DNA from: Promethearchaeia archaeon
GTDB taxonomy: Archaea > Asgardarchaeota > Lokiarchaeia > Sigyniarchaeales > SOKP01
DNA length: 64,000 bases
Direction of reading: 5' to 3'
NCBI GenBank assembly: GCA_029856145.1
Contig: JAHQWK010000002.1
Coordinates: 181,936-245,935, forward strand
In this document: positions 30,871 to 41,140 of the stretch, piece after piece
Layout of the letters: each line of letters opens with the position of its first letter
Numbering within the stretch: position 1 is the stretch's first letter
Made by a program: the position numbers and the translations under genes
Notes under the pieces: generated by a model
What the model was told of the DNA's origin: nothing
Seen by the model: the letters and a program-made list of their open reading frames with translations, nothing else
Database searches by the model: none

Positions 30871-31494
30871 ATGAAAGTTAAAGCAATCATTTTTGATTTA
30901 GGAGGAGTACTTATAGATTTAGATTTTTCTAACTTTTATAATAAAATAATAATTCAATCTCCTTTAAATAAACCTCAAACTCCAATTATGTTAGAGTTTT
31001 TTAGACAATCTGACATGTATCATCAAGGGAATATGACTGATGATGAGTTTTATCAACTTGCATGTGATCTCCTCCAAGTTTGCATGTTGAATCAATCTGA
31101 TTTTTTTGATGCTTTTAACAGTATTATATCGGGTTTTAATTCAAATGTGGCAGAAATAATTAATAAAATCCGAGAAAGTAATCAATATAAGTTAATTGCT
31201 TTATCCAATGTTAATTCCAGCCACTGGGATTATATATTAAATAAAAAATGGAATTTTATTGATTGGTTTGATGAATTAATTTTATCACATGAAACTCATT
31301 TAATTAAACCAAATCCTAAAATCTTTGAATATGCAATTAAAAAGGCCGGTTGTAAACCAAGACAAATTGTGTATATAGATGATGGGTTGAATAATATACG
31401 TTCTGCCAAAGAATTGGGAATAATATGTATAAAATACACTAATTCAGAAGAGCTGTTAGAAGAACTTAAAAAGTTAAATATTATTAAGGAATAG
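30871..31494 (+). CDS. HAD-family phosphatase (YihX-like)
   Basis: FDLGGVL, LSN, KPNPKIF, IDD. Confidence 0.9.
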   Translation: MKVKAIIFDLGGVLIDLDFSNFYNKIIIQSPLNKPQTPIMLEFFRQSDMYHQGNMTDDEFYQLACDLLQVCMLNQSDFFDAFNSIISGFNSNVAEIINKIRESNQYKLIALSNVNSSHWDYILNKKWNFIDWFDELILSHETHLIKPNPKIFEYAIKKAGCKPRQIVYIDDGLNNIRSAKELGIICIKYTNSEELLEELKKLNIIKE

Positions 31495-31513
31495 CATTCA
31501 TGGATTAATTTAA

Positions 31514-32038
31514 TTATTCATTTATATCTTGAAGACACGCTTTTGCGATCTTTTCAAACGCAATTTCTACATTTTCTCCTGTTTTTGCTGAAGCCTCCAT
31601 GTATTCACAACTCAACCTCTTAGCTAAATCTTCTGCTTCTTCTCGATCAACTTCTCTTTCTAAATCAACTTTATTACCCAAAAGTAGCATTGGTATAGTC
31701 TTTTTTACCGTTTTCTTAATAGAACTTACCCACCCCGGAATTTTTAGAAGCGTTTGACTAGATGATAAATCAAAAACACCAAGTGCAGCATTACTACCTT
31801 TAAAGTAGATTGTCCTGAGTTTGTGGAATTGGGGTTGTCCTCCTATGTCCCAGAGAAGAAGACGTATGTTTTTTCCATCGAGTTCTACATCTTTAATAAG
31901 GAAATTGCTTCCAATTGTCTTCTTTAGATCATCACTAAAGTAATCTTTTATATACCGCAATAAAAGAGATGTTTTACCTACACCTCCAGGTCCAAAAAGG
32001 GTTATCTTGAATTTATATTGAGAATCTGGGCTCATCAT
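31514..32038 (-). CDS. Rab/Ras-like small GTPase
   Basis: GPGGVGKT, TIG, WDIGGQ, GNKVD, SAK. Confidence 0.95.
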   Translation of the reverse strand: MMSPDSQYKFKITLFGPGGVGKTSLLLRYIKDYFSDDLKKTIGSNFLIKDVELDGKNIRLLLWDIGGQPQFHKLRTIYFKGSNAALGVFDLSSSQTLLKIPGWVSSIKKTVKKTIPMLLLGNKVDLEREVDREEAEDLAKRLSCEYMEASAKTGENVEIAFEKIAKACLQDINE

Positions 32039-32201
32039 TAAGTTCCTCTTATGAAATCAATATTCAATATATTAATTTGAAAGTTAATTAATACAATTTT
32101 ATATACTATGAATTAACTTTAATGATAATTAATTCATCGCTTATAATTTCATAATATCTTTTAAAGATATTTATATCTTTATAATAAAGCCTAATTATTT
32201 T

Positions 32202-33494
32202 TTAATTTGTTTTAAAAGAGATCTCTTTTACGACTTTTTCTTCTTTTTTTCCAGAACTTCCGATTTTTCTCACCATCCATTCAGGTGTTCCAACACCACC
32301 AAAATATTTCAACCAAATATACATAAGTAACCCTAAAAATCCACAATAACCGACCCAGACAATTGGATAAAATATAATTGAAAATTGGCCGCCATATAGA
32401 GGTAAGAATAAATATTGAATTAAGAAAAGAGAAAGACTCGTTTTTCCGTAAAATAAAACTAATTTTATGACATCATTGGTTTTATTTTTTATATCGAGAA
32501 AATAAAAGCATACTGCAATAAGTAAAAAAGCAACACCAAGATTGTAGAACATATTGTGGGCAGTACATCTTACCATATACATTGGCATTGCGTCAAAATG
32601 ATAATAAGTTTGCTGATTAGCGATTCGCAATAAATCAATATGTAAATACTCCGAAAGCACAAGTTCACCGGGAGTCGAAGGGGACCCAGGAATAACTCGT
32701 GCTAATCCAGTTTCCCATATGTTGAAAGCAACCCCCCTTGGAACAATTACGAATATTCCAACTAAGATAAATACAATACCGTAAATGGCAAATATTCGAA
32801 ATAACCTATAATAAGCTTGTTTAGTCCCTTTTATCATTGCATCGTAAAGAAACTCCCCAAATATAGTAGACATGAAACAAACTGCTAAGAAGGGTAAAAT
32901 TGGTACTTGAGCAAGTGGAGAAGTTATAATAAAATGTAGGATATAAACCCCTATATTTATATCCTTGAATTCATAGAGGAGCTCCCGAATCCATGGAGAA
33001 AAGTAAATAATTATTACACCAATTACAGCTCGAGTAATCTTGTTGAATTTTATGGCATAGTAAGATAAAATCTGAGAGAATCCAATAAACATTAATATGT
33101 TCCAACCCCACAAATTTGCAGGGAATGGAACTGAAACACCTGAAGTTAGTAAAGACATTGGATTGAATAGTATACCTATAATAATGATTACTCCTCCTCT
33201 TATAAAAATCCCATTGCGAATTGCTTTATCTGATACTTTTCCTTTTTTTCTTTTCAAACTGAAAACAACACTAAGAGCTGAGAGAAAAACAAATAAAGTA
33301 GGACCCAAAACATCCAAAAAAGAAAAGATAAGTCCATAGAGATACACCCAATCGCTATCCAACCAACTAACAGCTGCATGAGCTAATATTATAAAAATTA
33401 TCGCAAACCCTTTAACAAAATCTATTGAAGCAATACGTTTTTTTGTATCATTATTAATATCATTGTTGAATTCTTCTTCAATTGTCATCGACAT
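32202..33494 (-). CDS. DUF1624 / HGSNAT-like membrane acyltransferase
   Basis: RIASIDFVKGFAI...AH, FVFLSALS, GKTSLSLF; multi-TM. Confidence 0.85.
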   Translation of the reverse strand: MSMTIEEEFNNDINNDTKKRIASIDFVKGFAIIFIILAHAAVSWLDSDWVYLYGLIFSFLDVLGPTLFVFLSALSVVFSLKRKKGKVSDKAIRNGIFIRGGVIIIIGILFNPMSLLTSGVSVPFPANLWGWNILMFIGFSQILSYYAIKFNKITRAVIGVIIIYFSPWIRELLYEFKDINIGVYILHFIITSPLAQVPILPFLAVCFMSTIFGEFLYDAMIKGTKQAYYRLFRIFAIYGIVFILVGIFVIVPRGVAFNIWETGLARVIPGSPSTPGELVLSEYLHIDLLRIANQQTYYHFDAMPMYMVRCTAHNMFYNLGVAFLLIAVCFYFLDIKNKTNDVIKLVLFYGKTSLSLFLIQYLFLPLYGGQFSIIFYPIVWVGYCGFLGLLMYIWLKYFGGVGTPEWMVRKIGSSGKKEEKVVKEISFKTN

Positions 33495-33676
33495 TTTTTA
33501 TCCTACTCATTCTAATAAGAAGATAAGGAAAACCAATAATTTCCTAACTAAAATTTTATATTACTAATATTGAACATTAACACTATTTAAAACCTTTCTT
33601 TATCGTTATAATTAGTGCAATCTACTCGTAAAAGCTCTGTTTTGCAAAAATAATCTTTATAAATCTTCTATAAATT

Positions 33677-34978
33677 CTATCTAACTTGATTTTTATAATA
33701 CACAATTAAGCAGTAATATAATAGCATCAATAATATTAATCCACCAGCGTTAAAAGGGAAGAATACATAGGTTAGATAAAAAATTCCCCAGAAAATGACC
33801 ATTAATATAGCTAAAAGATAATGAAGATACTTGAACATTTTATAATATCTAAATTCCTTATTGATGAGAATAAAAAAAACCAAAAAAGGAGTTAGAACAA
33901 CAAGATGGTGGGGCCAAGAATCAAAATAAACAATTAGAAGCACCAAAATCCCTGCCATATATCCATTAATTAAATTAAGAGGGTGATCAGAATCTTGAAT
34001 ATATAAAAAATATATTGGAATCAATATAACCAAGGTTATTACAATAAAAACTAGAAAGCCATTAACATCTACAGTTATTAATTGGAAGAAAATTAAAACA
34101 ATTCTTGTAAGACTGAATGATGGATTTATTTCAATGCCTCCTTCAAGAGCATATGTATATTCTCCAGTAAGATTGACAGTAATAAAATCGGCAAACATCT
34201 GAGGATAAATTAAAAAATATATTCCTGAGAGCATTATTAAAATGATAGATCCTAATAATCGAATGACAGATTTTTGAAGATTAAAAGAAAATTTCTTGCG
34301 TTCTCTATCATAATTAAAAATTATTAAAAATGGTAAGATTAAAATTAAGGTAGGGCGAATTAGAATTCCTAATCCTAATAAAAAACCTCCTATTAATTCA
34401 TTCCTAACACCTCCTTTCAAGAAATAAAATAATGAAGAAAGAATGAAAACTGATACCAATATATTTATCTGTCCCAAGAAGTAATTCATAAATTGTGGTA
34501 ACATTATTAGAAAAATGGCACTTTGATGAAGAATAGATTCATTTTCTTCTCTATCAAATACCTCTTTAAAATTATTAAGTTTGTAGTTAAATTTAGAGTT
34601 ATTACGCAAGTTCTTGTAAACCTGAATAATTTTATATATTAAATAAATTATTAAGATGTTTAGAAAAAAATTGAAAATTTGGAATACAAAATAGCCTAAT
34701 TCTAATCCCAAAAGTGAAAATGGAGTAAAAAAATAGGCAGAAAGTGGTAAATATCTAAAAGGAAATGGTGAAAGTAAAGTGTTATATAAATTAGGTAAAT
34801 CTTCTATAACATTCAAACCTGCATAATAAAATGAAAGATAATCATTTTCATCAATATTCATTAAGGGGCTATTTAAAAAATAAAAAAAAATGAAAGTTAA
34901 GATCAAATAGAAAATATTTACAATACAAGCTATTAAAAAAAATAATCGTGTTTTTTGCATTAGAAATCCTGTATCCAC
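33677..34978 (-). CDS. GT87/DUF2029-like GT-C membrane glycosyltransferase
   Basis: DYLSFYYAG, FRYLPLSAYFF, GQIN, WPHH. Confidence 0.85.
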   Translation of the reverse strand: MDTGFLMQKTRLFFLIACIVNIFYLILTFIFFYFLNSPLMNIDENDYLSFYYAGLNVIEDLPNLYNTLLSPFPFRYLPLSAYFFTPFSLLGLELGYFVFQIFNFFLNILIIYLIYKIIQVYKNLRNNSKFNYKLNNFKEVFDREENESILHQSAIFLIMLPQFMNYFLGQINILVSVFILSSLFYFLKGGVRNELIGGFLLGLGILIRPTLILILPFLIIFNYDRERKKFSFNLQKSVIRLLGSIILIMLSGIYFLIYPQMFADFITVNLTGEYTYALEGGIEINPSFSLTRIVLIFFQLITVDVNGFLVFIVITLVILIPIYFLYIQDSDHPLNLINGYMAGILVLLIVYFDSWPHHLVVLTPFLVFFILINKEFRYYKMFKYLHYLLAILMVIFWGIFYLTYVFFPFNAGGLILLMLLYYCLIVYYKNQVR

Positions 34979-34993
34979 TATTTAATAAGCAGA

Positions 34994-36370
34994 TTATTCA
35001 TTTCCATCATCTTTACTTAATTTCTTCATGAAATCTTCCATTTTCTTAACTTTTTCGCGTTTTTTAATTATTGAATACATCTTTTTAGTGGTTTTTTTGA
35101 CAGCCTGTCCTGATTTTTCTCCAATTCGACCTAGCATCACCATTAAAAATTCAGGTGACCCGACTCCTTTAGCATATTCCATCCAAAAATACATAAGGAT
35201 TCCTAAAAATCCTATATATGAAAGACTAATAGTCAGAAATAACGCGATATTTAATAGTTGAGAAAAAAGTGGCATAAATATAAAATGTATCAAGAATAAA
35301 CTTAGGGAGACTTTACCATAATATACTAACATACTGGTGAAATTATTATATTTCTTCTTAATATCAATCAAAAAGAAGAATATTGCAATTATAGTTAAAG
35401 CAGCTCCTTGATTGTAAAACATATTAGCACTAGTACCTCTTATTAAAAATAATGGCATTCCAGGGATCTCAAAGTAAGTTTGATTTTGGGCTATTCCTAA
35501 TAATTCTAAATGTGGATATTCAGCTATTCCTCCAATCATAGTATCAACTGTTTGCAGCTCAAAACCAAAAGAAGGAAGTGGAGCAAAAATCCCGATAATA
35601 ATAAAAACAATACCCCAGACTAAAAATATGCGGAAAAGTCCTACATAGGCATCATCAGTTCCTTTATTCATTGCTTCAAAAATGTATTCACCAAATATTG
35701 TTGAAATGAAACAAATAGAAACCCATGGTAAAAGAGTCAGATGAGGGGTTGGAGAGGTCACTATATAATGGAAAACACCTAATATGAGGTTTCCCGCTTC
35801 CTTTCCTTCAAAAAGAATAGCTCTTAAAGCAGGAGAGAAAACTATTATTATTAATCCAATTATTATCCGCCATTTTTTCTTTAGTTTTAAAATATAAAAG
35901 GAAAAGATCTGAGAGAATCCAATAAAAGTAATGATATTCCAACCAAAAATCACTAAAGTAACTCTCCCGTCTACAATCGCAACTAAATTCGTAAGCATTC
36001 CTAATACAATCATTACGATTCCTCGCGTAAAAATACGATTTCGGATAATTTTTGGGTGAACAATACCTTCCTTCCTTTTAATACTAAATATAACACTTAA
36101 TGCTGAAAGGAATACGAATAAAGAGGGACCAAGAATATCTAATAAAGCATAGAGGAGACCATAAAGATATCTAGAGCTCGGATCAAGCCAGAATTGGGCA
36201 GTATGAGCTAAAATTACAAAAATAATAGCAAAACCTTTAAGGAAATCTATAGACAAAATTCGTTTAGGTGATGCATAATCTCTTATATCTTCAATAGGTA
36301 TCTCTTGTTTTAAATAATTGAACAAAGGAGGGGACTCTGTTTCGATTTCTGATAATGATTGGGAAGACAT
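34994..36370 (-). CDS. DUF1624 / HGSNAT-like membrane acyltransferase (paralog of 32202-33494)
   Basis: RILSIDFLKGFAI...AH, FVFLSALS, GKVSLSLF. Confidence 0.85.
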   Translation of the reverse strand: MSSQSLSEIETESPPLFNYLKQEIPIEDIRDYASPKRILSIDFLKGFAIIFVILAHTAQFWLDPSSRYLYGLLYALLDILGPSLFVFLSALSVIFSIKRKEGIVHPKIIRNRIFTRGIVMIVLGMLTNLVAIVDGRVTLVIFGWNIITFIGFSQIFSFYILKLKKKWRIIIGLIIIVFSPALRAILFEGKEAGNLILGVFHYIVTSPTPHLTLLPWVSICFISTIFGEYIFEAMNKGTDDAYVGLFRIFLVWGIVFIIIGIFAPLPSFGFELQTVDTMIGGIAEYPHLELLGIAQNQTYFEIPGMPLFLIRGTSANMFYNQGAALTIIAIFFFLIDIKKKYNNFTSMLVYYGKVSLSLFLIHFIFMPLFSQLLNIALFLTISLSYIGFLGILMYFWMEYAKGVGSPEFLMVMLGRIGEKSGQAVKKTTKKMYSIIKKREKVKKMEDFMKKLSKDDGNE

Positions 36371-36508
36371 TTTAACTCAATTCTCTATATATATTTATTT
36401 CTTTTTGAAACCTAAGAAAAATTAATATTTTCAAAATTTATTTTAATATTATTCTTTTCGAATTTTTATAATTTTTAAATTTTATCAAAAAAATTTATAT
36501 GAAATTTT

Positions 36509-36931
36509 ATGGAACTCAAAAAATACATTAATACATATATAGTTGGTTTTATTGGTTCATTAGTATTACTATTATCTGAATTTTTTTCATGGTTCTCTGA
36601 CTATAATTTAATTGAGGAATATATTTTTTATAGCATAACACCTATAGAAGACTCTTTTCTATATCTATTTCCGTTATTAAGTGGTATTATTTGCTTAATT
36701 GCTAGTATTTTAGTAATATATAAAATTGAGTTAAAAGTTAAATCTGTTATACTATCTCTTGTTGGGTTAGGATTTTTTGTAGTGTTTTTTATTGATTATA
36801 TTATTCACGAAATTATTACCTTCCCAAACCCAGGTATTGGTTTCTATTTAGGGGTAGCTGGATTTCTATTAATACTTTTTAATATATTAAATATGCTATT
36901 AACAATCGAAAAACAAACAGAAGGTAATTAA
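36509..36931 (+). CDS. Four-TM membrane protein
   Basis: Hydrophobic segments, PGIGFYL. Confidence 0.75.
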   Translation: MELKKYINTYIVGFIGSLVLLLSEFFSWFSDYNLIEEYIFYSITPIEDSFLYLFPLLSGIICLIASILVIYKIELKVKSVILSLVGLGFFVVFFIDYIIHEIITFPNPGIGFYLGVAGFLLILFNILNMLLTIEKQTEGN

Positions 36932-36933
36932 GA

Positions 36934-37824
36934 ATTTCTAATAAACCTAATGAAACTGAGAAAGAATCCAATGAACAAGATGCTGAGGCAAGTTATTATT
37001 ATGCCCTAAGTCATGATATCCGTAGAAAGATAATAAAAATTATTGGAGACAATGAATATACTACTTTTACTAAACTTAAAAAAGAACTTGGAGTAAGCAC
37101 TGGAACTATATACCATCATCTAGATGCATTGTCAGAATTAGTAGAGCAAAAACAAAATAAAAAATATTATTTACAAGAATTAGGAATCTATGCTTATAAT
37201 TCTTTAAAAAATAATGTTGAAACGATTAAGACCCCCGATTTTGCGCATAGGGAACTTAAATCCCCAATTTTACGCAAATTAATGTGGATTACATCAAAAA
37301 GATTTATCCAGTTTGAAAAAAAAGATAAAAAATTCTCTATCATAATTTCATTAGGAATAATCATCTTAGGAACGATTTTTTGTGGATTAAATGGTTTTTA
37401 TTCGTTTTTATTATTTTTTATGGAGATAAGTCAATATAATTTGGAATTGTTTTTTCAGATATTAATCAGTTTAAGTTTTATAGCAAATTTCTTTATATTT
37501 TTCATTATAATTGAGGGGATCTCTCGATTCTTTTATAAAAAGAATGAGAATATAATAGATTTCTTAGTTTCTTTTGCGATTATTCTATATCCCCTGATTT
37601 TATTCCTTTTAATTCATTTAATTTTCAAATGGGTTAACCTATTAAATGTTAGTATATTTAATTTACTGGATAATGTTCTATTGATTATTTTTCAAGTTTG
37701 GTCATTATGGTTATTATCATATAGTTTATGTGTAAAAAAAGGATTAAAAATCGAAAGTAGTCTAATCATTTCACTTTTACTTCATTATGGTGGTTTTACT
37801 ATAATATTGATTTTTTTGGTTTGA
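36934..37824 (+). CDS. ArsR-like winged-HTH protein fused to a multi-TM domain (probable ATT start)
   Basis: Frame open upstream of the TTG at 37129: ALSHDIRRKIIKII...FTKLKKELGVSTGTIYHHLDAL. Confidence 0.82.
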   Translation: MSNKPNETEKESNEQDAEASYYYALSHDIRRKIIKIIGDNEYTTFTKLKKELGVSTGTIYHHLDALSELVEQKQNKKYYLQELGIYAYNSLKNNVETIKTPDFAHRELKSPILRKLMWITSKRFIQFEKKDKKFSIIISLGIIILGTIFCGLNGFYSFLLFFMEISQYNLELFFQILISLSFIANFFIFFIIIEGISRFFYKKNENIIDFLVSFAIILYPLILFLLIHLIFKWVNLLNVSIFNLLDNVLLIIFQVWSLWLLSYSLCVKKGLKIESSLIISLLLHYGGFTIILIFLV

Positions 37825-39103
37825 AGACATTGAAATTCAAGCTTTCTAAAGATTGAATTATCTCATTTAATCTTATTTTTGAGGAGGATAGGTCCTTTGT
37901 TTTTGTAGCAATAAAACAAGAGTATTGATTATATTCATTAAGTGAAATAGGGGGAGTAACAAATTCAGGGATTATTTTCATTAATTTAGGTAATAGCTCT
38001 TCATGAATTAATTCCATATTTTCAAAATTATTACAATTAAAATCAATTCGCGTGAAGTAAGAATAATCATGTAAATCTATTTCAATCTCACTAATATTTT
38101 TAATCTTAGAATTAAAAATTAGTTCCGCACAATTAAAATTAAGAATCTTCCTTAGCCCTATATATGATGTGGTCAATCTAGGGTTAATCTCTATAAAATT
38201 AAATGATTGTTTATTTTTCTCTATGAAGTCAATACCAAAGTATCCTTCAAATTTAAGAATTTTTAATTTTTTGATGAAAATTGATATTTTATTGATAAGT
38301 TCTTTATAATTTTCCAATGGAGTATATCCTCCAAGGTATTCAGATTCTATATTCTTGATATTAATATTTTGAGAATTCACACTCAAGACTAATGGGTTTA
38401 CATATAAATATGGGGATCCTATTAAAGAAAGACTTAAATCTCTTCCGTCAATAAATTCTTGGATTATATAGTTCCTTTTTTTTTCTAACTTTGTATTAAA
38501 GTCCATGAAGAAATTTAATATTTGAGCCTCTTTTTCAAAGTAGTAAACTGATTCCGCTCCAACTCCATCTTCGGGTTTAATAACAATAGGGCATTTTAAT
38601 TTTCTAAATTTATGAAGTATGAAGTTTTTGTCTAAAAGATTCCCTTTGTAAGGTATTCTGTAAGTTTTTGGTGTTAAAACTTTATTTTTTTTAAAGATTT
38701 TATAAGTGATGATTTTTGATGTCCCATATTTAATCCCCTTTAAATTTGTGCTTAAAATAATTTTATCATGGTTTTTAACGATTTTTGTTAATTCATAAAG
38801 AATTTTCGAAGTTTCTGGAGCAATAATAAACACATACTTAGTATTCTTTACTAAATCCTTGAAAATCTTTAAATAATTATTATTTTTTTTTATTTTTCTT
38901 ACATTATCAGCTTGGATGAATTTGGATAAAAAACATATCCTATAATCTAACATTGTATGAATCTCAAAATCTAAGGCCTTAAAGTCTGTAATAAGCGATC
39001 TTAACATACCAAATCCTTCGCAAAAAAGTGAGGTTGGTATATTAACTTGACTAAAACCGCCACCGGAAACAAATTCAAAAATGAAGATTTTATTTTTGTT
39101 CAA
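37799..39103 (-). CDS. ATP-grasp ligase (tyramine--L-glutamate ligase MfnD-like)
   Basis: FEFVSGGG, EGFGML, IIAPE, IKPEDGVG, QEFIDG, GYFGID, IEINPRLTTSY. Confidence 0.85.
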   Translation of the reverse strand: MNKNKIFIFEFVSGGGFSQVNIPTSLFCEGFGMLRSLITDFKALDFEIHTMLDYRICFLSKFIQADNVRKIKKNNNYLKIFKDLVKNTKYVFIIAPETSKILYELTKIVKNHDKIILSTNLKGIKYGTSKIITYKIFKKNKVLTPKTYRIPYKGNLLDKNFILHKFRKLKCPIVIKPEDGVGAESVYYFEKEAQILNFFMDFNTKLEKKRNYIIQEFIDGRDLSLSLIGSPYLYVNPLVLSVNSQNINIKNIESEYLGGYTPLENYKELINKISIFIKKLKILKFEGYFGIDFIEKNKQSFNFIEINPRLTTSYIGLRKILNFNCAELIFNSKIKNISEIEIDLHDYSYFTRIDFNCNNFENMELIHEELLPKLMKIIPEFVTPPISLNEYNQYSCFIATKTKDLSSSKIRLNEIIQSLESLNFNVFKPKKSIL

Positions 39104-39268
39104 TTTCTACTTTTTTCTTTAAAATATATTTTTTCAAAATTTATTAAATAACTTAGTGACTTATCCTTCAAAATTCTTAATGGATTTAAAAATTTCATCA
39201 AAAGATTTTAAAGGAAACATAAAATATTGTTATATAACCAAAATTTATTAAAAATTGCTGGTTCTGAT

Positions 39269-40498
39269 ATGATTTTTGATGAAGAAACCATGAGAAGGAT
39301 AAGGTATCTTCACTTTAAAACTAAACATTTAGAAGATGCTTTAGAAAAAGAAGATGAACAATTTAGTCCAGATGATTTAAATCTAATATTGGAATATACT
39401 AAGATCTTAAATATTAATTATAAAAATGAAAACCATAAAGAAATACTTAGGGAATTGGATATAACTCAAATTTTTGATGATCCTGTAGCAAATAAGGAAA
39501 TTGAAATTCAAGATATAATGTTTGAATGTTCTCATGCTCTATGGATTATGGCAAAAGCTTATTCCCAATTATCTGAAAAGTATGAAGCGGAAGGGGAATG
39601 GGAGAATGCAATTATAGCTATGACAGAATGTAGCAAGATTTATAAAACAGCTGCTTATTTCAGTGCTGCTGTTGTCCATCAAAAAGAAAAAGGAGAAATT
39701 CTTACTTCAGAAAATCTTGAGTTAAATTCAGAAGAATCAAGAATTATTGCTCAAAGCCTTGCTGCCTTACGAGAAGAAACTAATAATAATATTTATTTTT
39801 CTTCAAAACTATATGCAGGTCTTAGTATGTTATCGAAAAGATTATTCTACCTAAAAAAACATGATGAAAAAAAGAAACAGCAAATTAGAGCTCAATTTCA
39901 TTATGATATGGGAAAGGCATGTTATCTCAAAGCACGTGCTTCCTTGGAATCTTCAATTACATTAATTAATAAAGAAAAGGTATTGAAATTACAGGAAAAA
40001 GCTTTATGGTATTATATTAAAGCTAGAGATATTTGGGAGGATATGTTAAGTAATCTATCACTTTCAAGTGAGGAAAAAGAAAATATTGAATTAAATTTAT
40101 CGATAGTGAAAGATAATTTAAAAGAAAACGATGAGGAGCAATTAGATTACGAGGAAATAAAGAAAATACAAGATCCGGAGCCAATTATCATCATCCCAGA
40201 AAATTTAGCTCCATTCGTTCCAAAAAGTATTATCTATCTAACCAAATTTGTACCTAAGGACCTGAATATCAAACGATTTAAATCATACCAAAAGAAGAAA
40301 TTAGAAGAAAAGATCCCTTATAGCAAAAAAGAAAAATTAATTGATCAAAAGGCTGGAGTTGTAAGGACTATAAACGAGTTAAAACTATTAAAGGAAAATA
40401 ATGAAATTGATGTTGATAAATTTGTTGAACTTATAGAAAAATATTCTACAAAACTAAAAATGATAGATTCTGCTATTGAGAAATTAGCTAAAAGATAA
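39269..40498 (+). CDS. Helical-repeat protein, possibly BRO1-domain-like
   Basis: Ordered motifs resemble the BRO1 consensus (see findings). Confidence 0.6.
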   Translation: MIFDEETMRRIRYLHFKTKHLEDALEKEDEQFSPDDLNLILEYTKILNINYKNENHKEILRELDITQIFDDPVANKEIEIQDIMFECSHALWIMAKAYSQLSEKYEAEGEWENAIIAMTECSKIYKTAAYFSAAVVHQKEKGEILTSENLELNSEESRIIAQSLAALREETNNNIYFSSKLYAGLSMLSKRLFYLKKHDEKKKQQIRAQFHYDMGKACYLKARASLESSITLINKEKVLKLQEKALWYYIKARDIWEDMLSNLSLSSEEKENIELNLSIVKDNLKENDEEQLDYEEIKKIQDPEPIIIIPENLAPFVPKSIIYLTKFVPKDLNIKRFKSYQKKKLEEKIPYSKKEKLIDQKAGVVRTINELKLLKENNEIDVDKFVELIEKYSTKLKMIDSAIEKLAKR

Positions 40499-40548
40499 AA
40501 AAATAACATAATAATTTTTCATATTTATAAATCTTCTCCTTGTATTGA

Positions 40549-41028
40549 TCATTTTTCTGTTTCAATGTATTTCTTACGATCTTCTTCTATTTCAGCATCC
40601 CTTCGAGATTCTTCTAAAAAAACTAAATCATAAACTTCTTTAAGAACTACACCAATCAACAGTATCTCCATAAGAATGATAAGAGATATCATTAAAATTT
40701 CTAAATTATGTAAATTTTTAAAAAAAAGGATTGAAAATACAAAAACATGCGGTAGATAGATTAAGGTAGCAATTCCTAAACTTTTAGCAAATCTAATTAT
40801 ATTTTTAGTTTCTAATTTGAAAATTTTTTCTAATCTTATAACATTCCATAAATAATACAAAGAAAAAAAAATATTTATAGAACATAAGATAACAATCATA
40901 TCCCTTTCTTGAGATTGAATCCCTATATATGGTTTTAATACAATTGAACCAATCATAAGAGTTATTGAAAATATAAATAGAATTAAAGCTAAAGATAACA
41001 TTCCATCATGGAAATCTTTAAAATCCAA
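40549..41028 (-). CDS. Four-TM membrane protein
   Basis: Hydrophobic segments, charged C-terminus. Confidence 0.75.
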   Translation of the reverse strand: MDFKDFHDGMLSLALILFIFSITLMIGSIVLKPYIGIQSQERDMIVILCSINIFFSLYYLWNVIRLEKIFKLETKNIIRFAKSLGIATLIYLPHVFVFSILFFKNLHNLEILMISLIILMEILLIGVVLKEVYDLVFLEESRRDAEIEEDRKKYIETEK

Positions 41029-41140
41029 GAGTTGACCACTATTCTATAAATATTATATAAATTGAATTCTTACTTATGAAAGAAAGTTATAATGTATTAA
41101 GGTATTTTGTTTTCATAAATAATTATTATTAAGGATAAAT

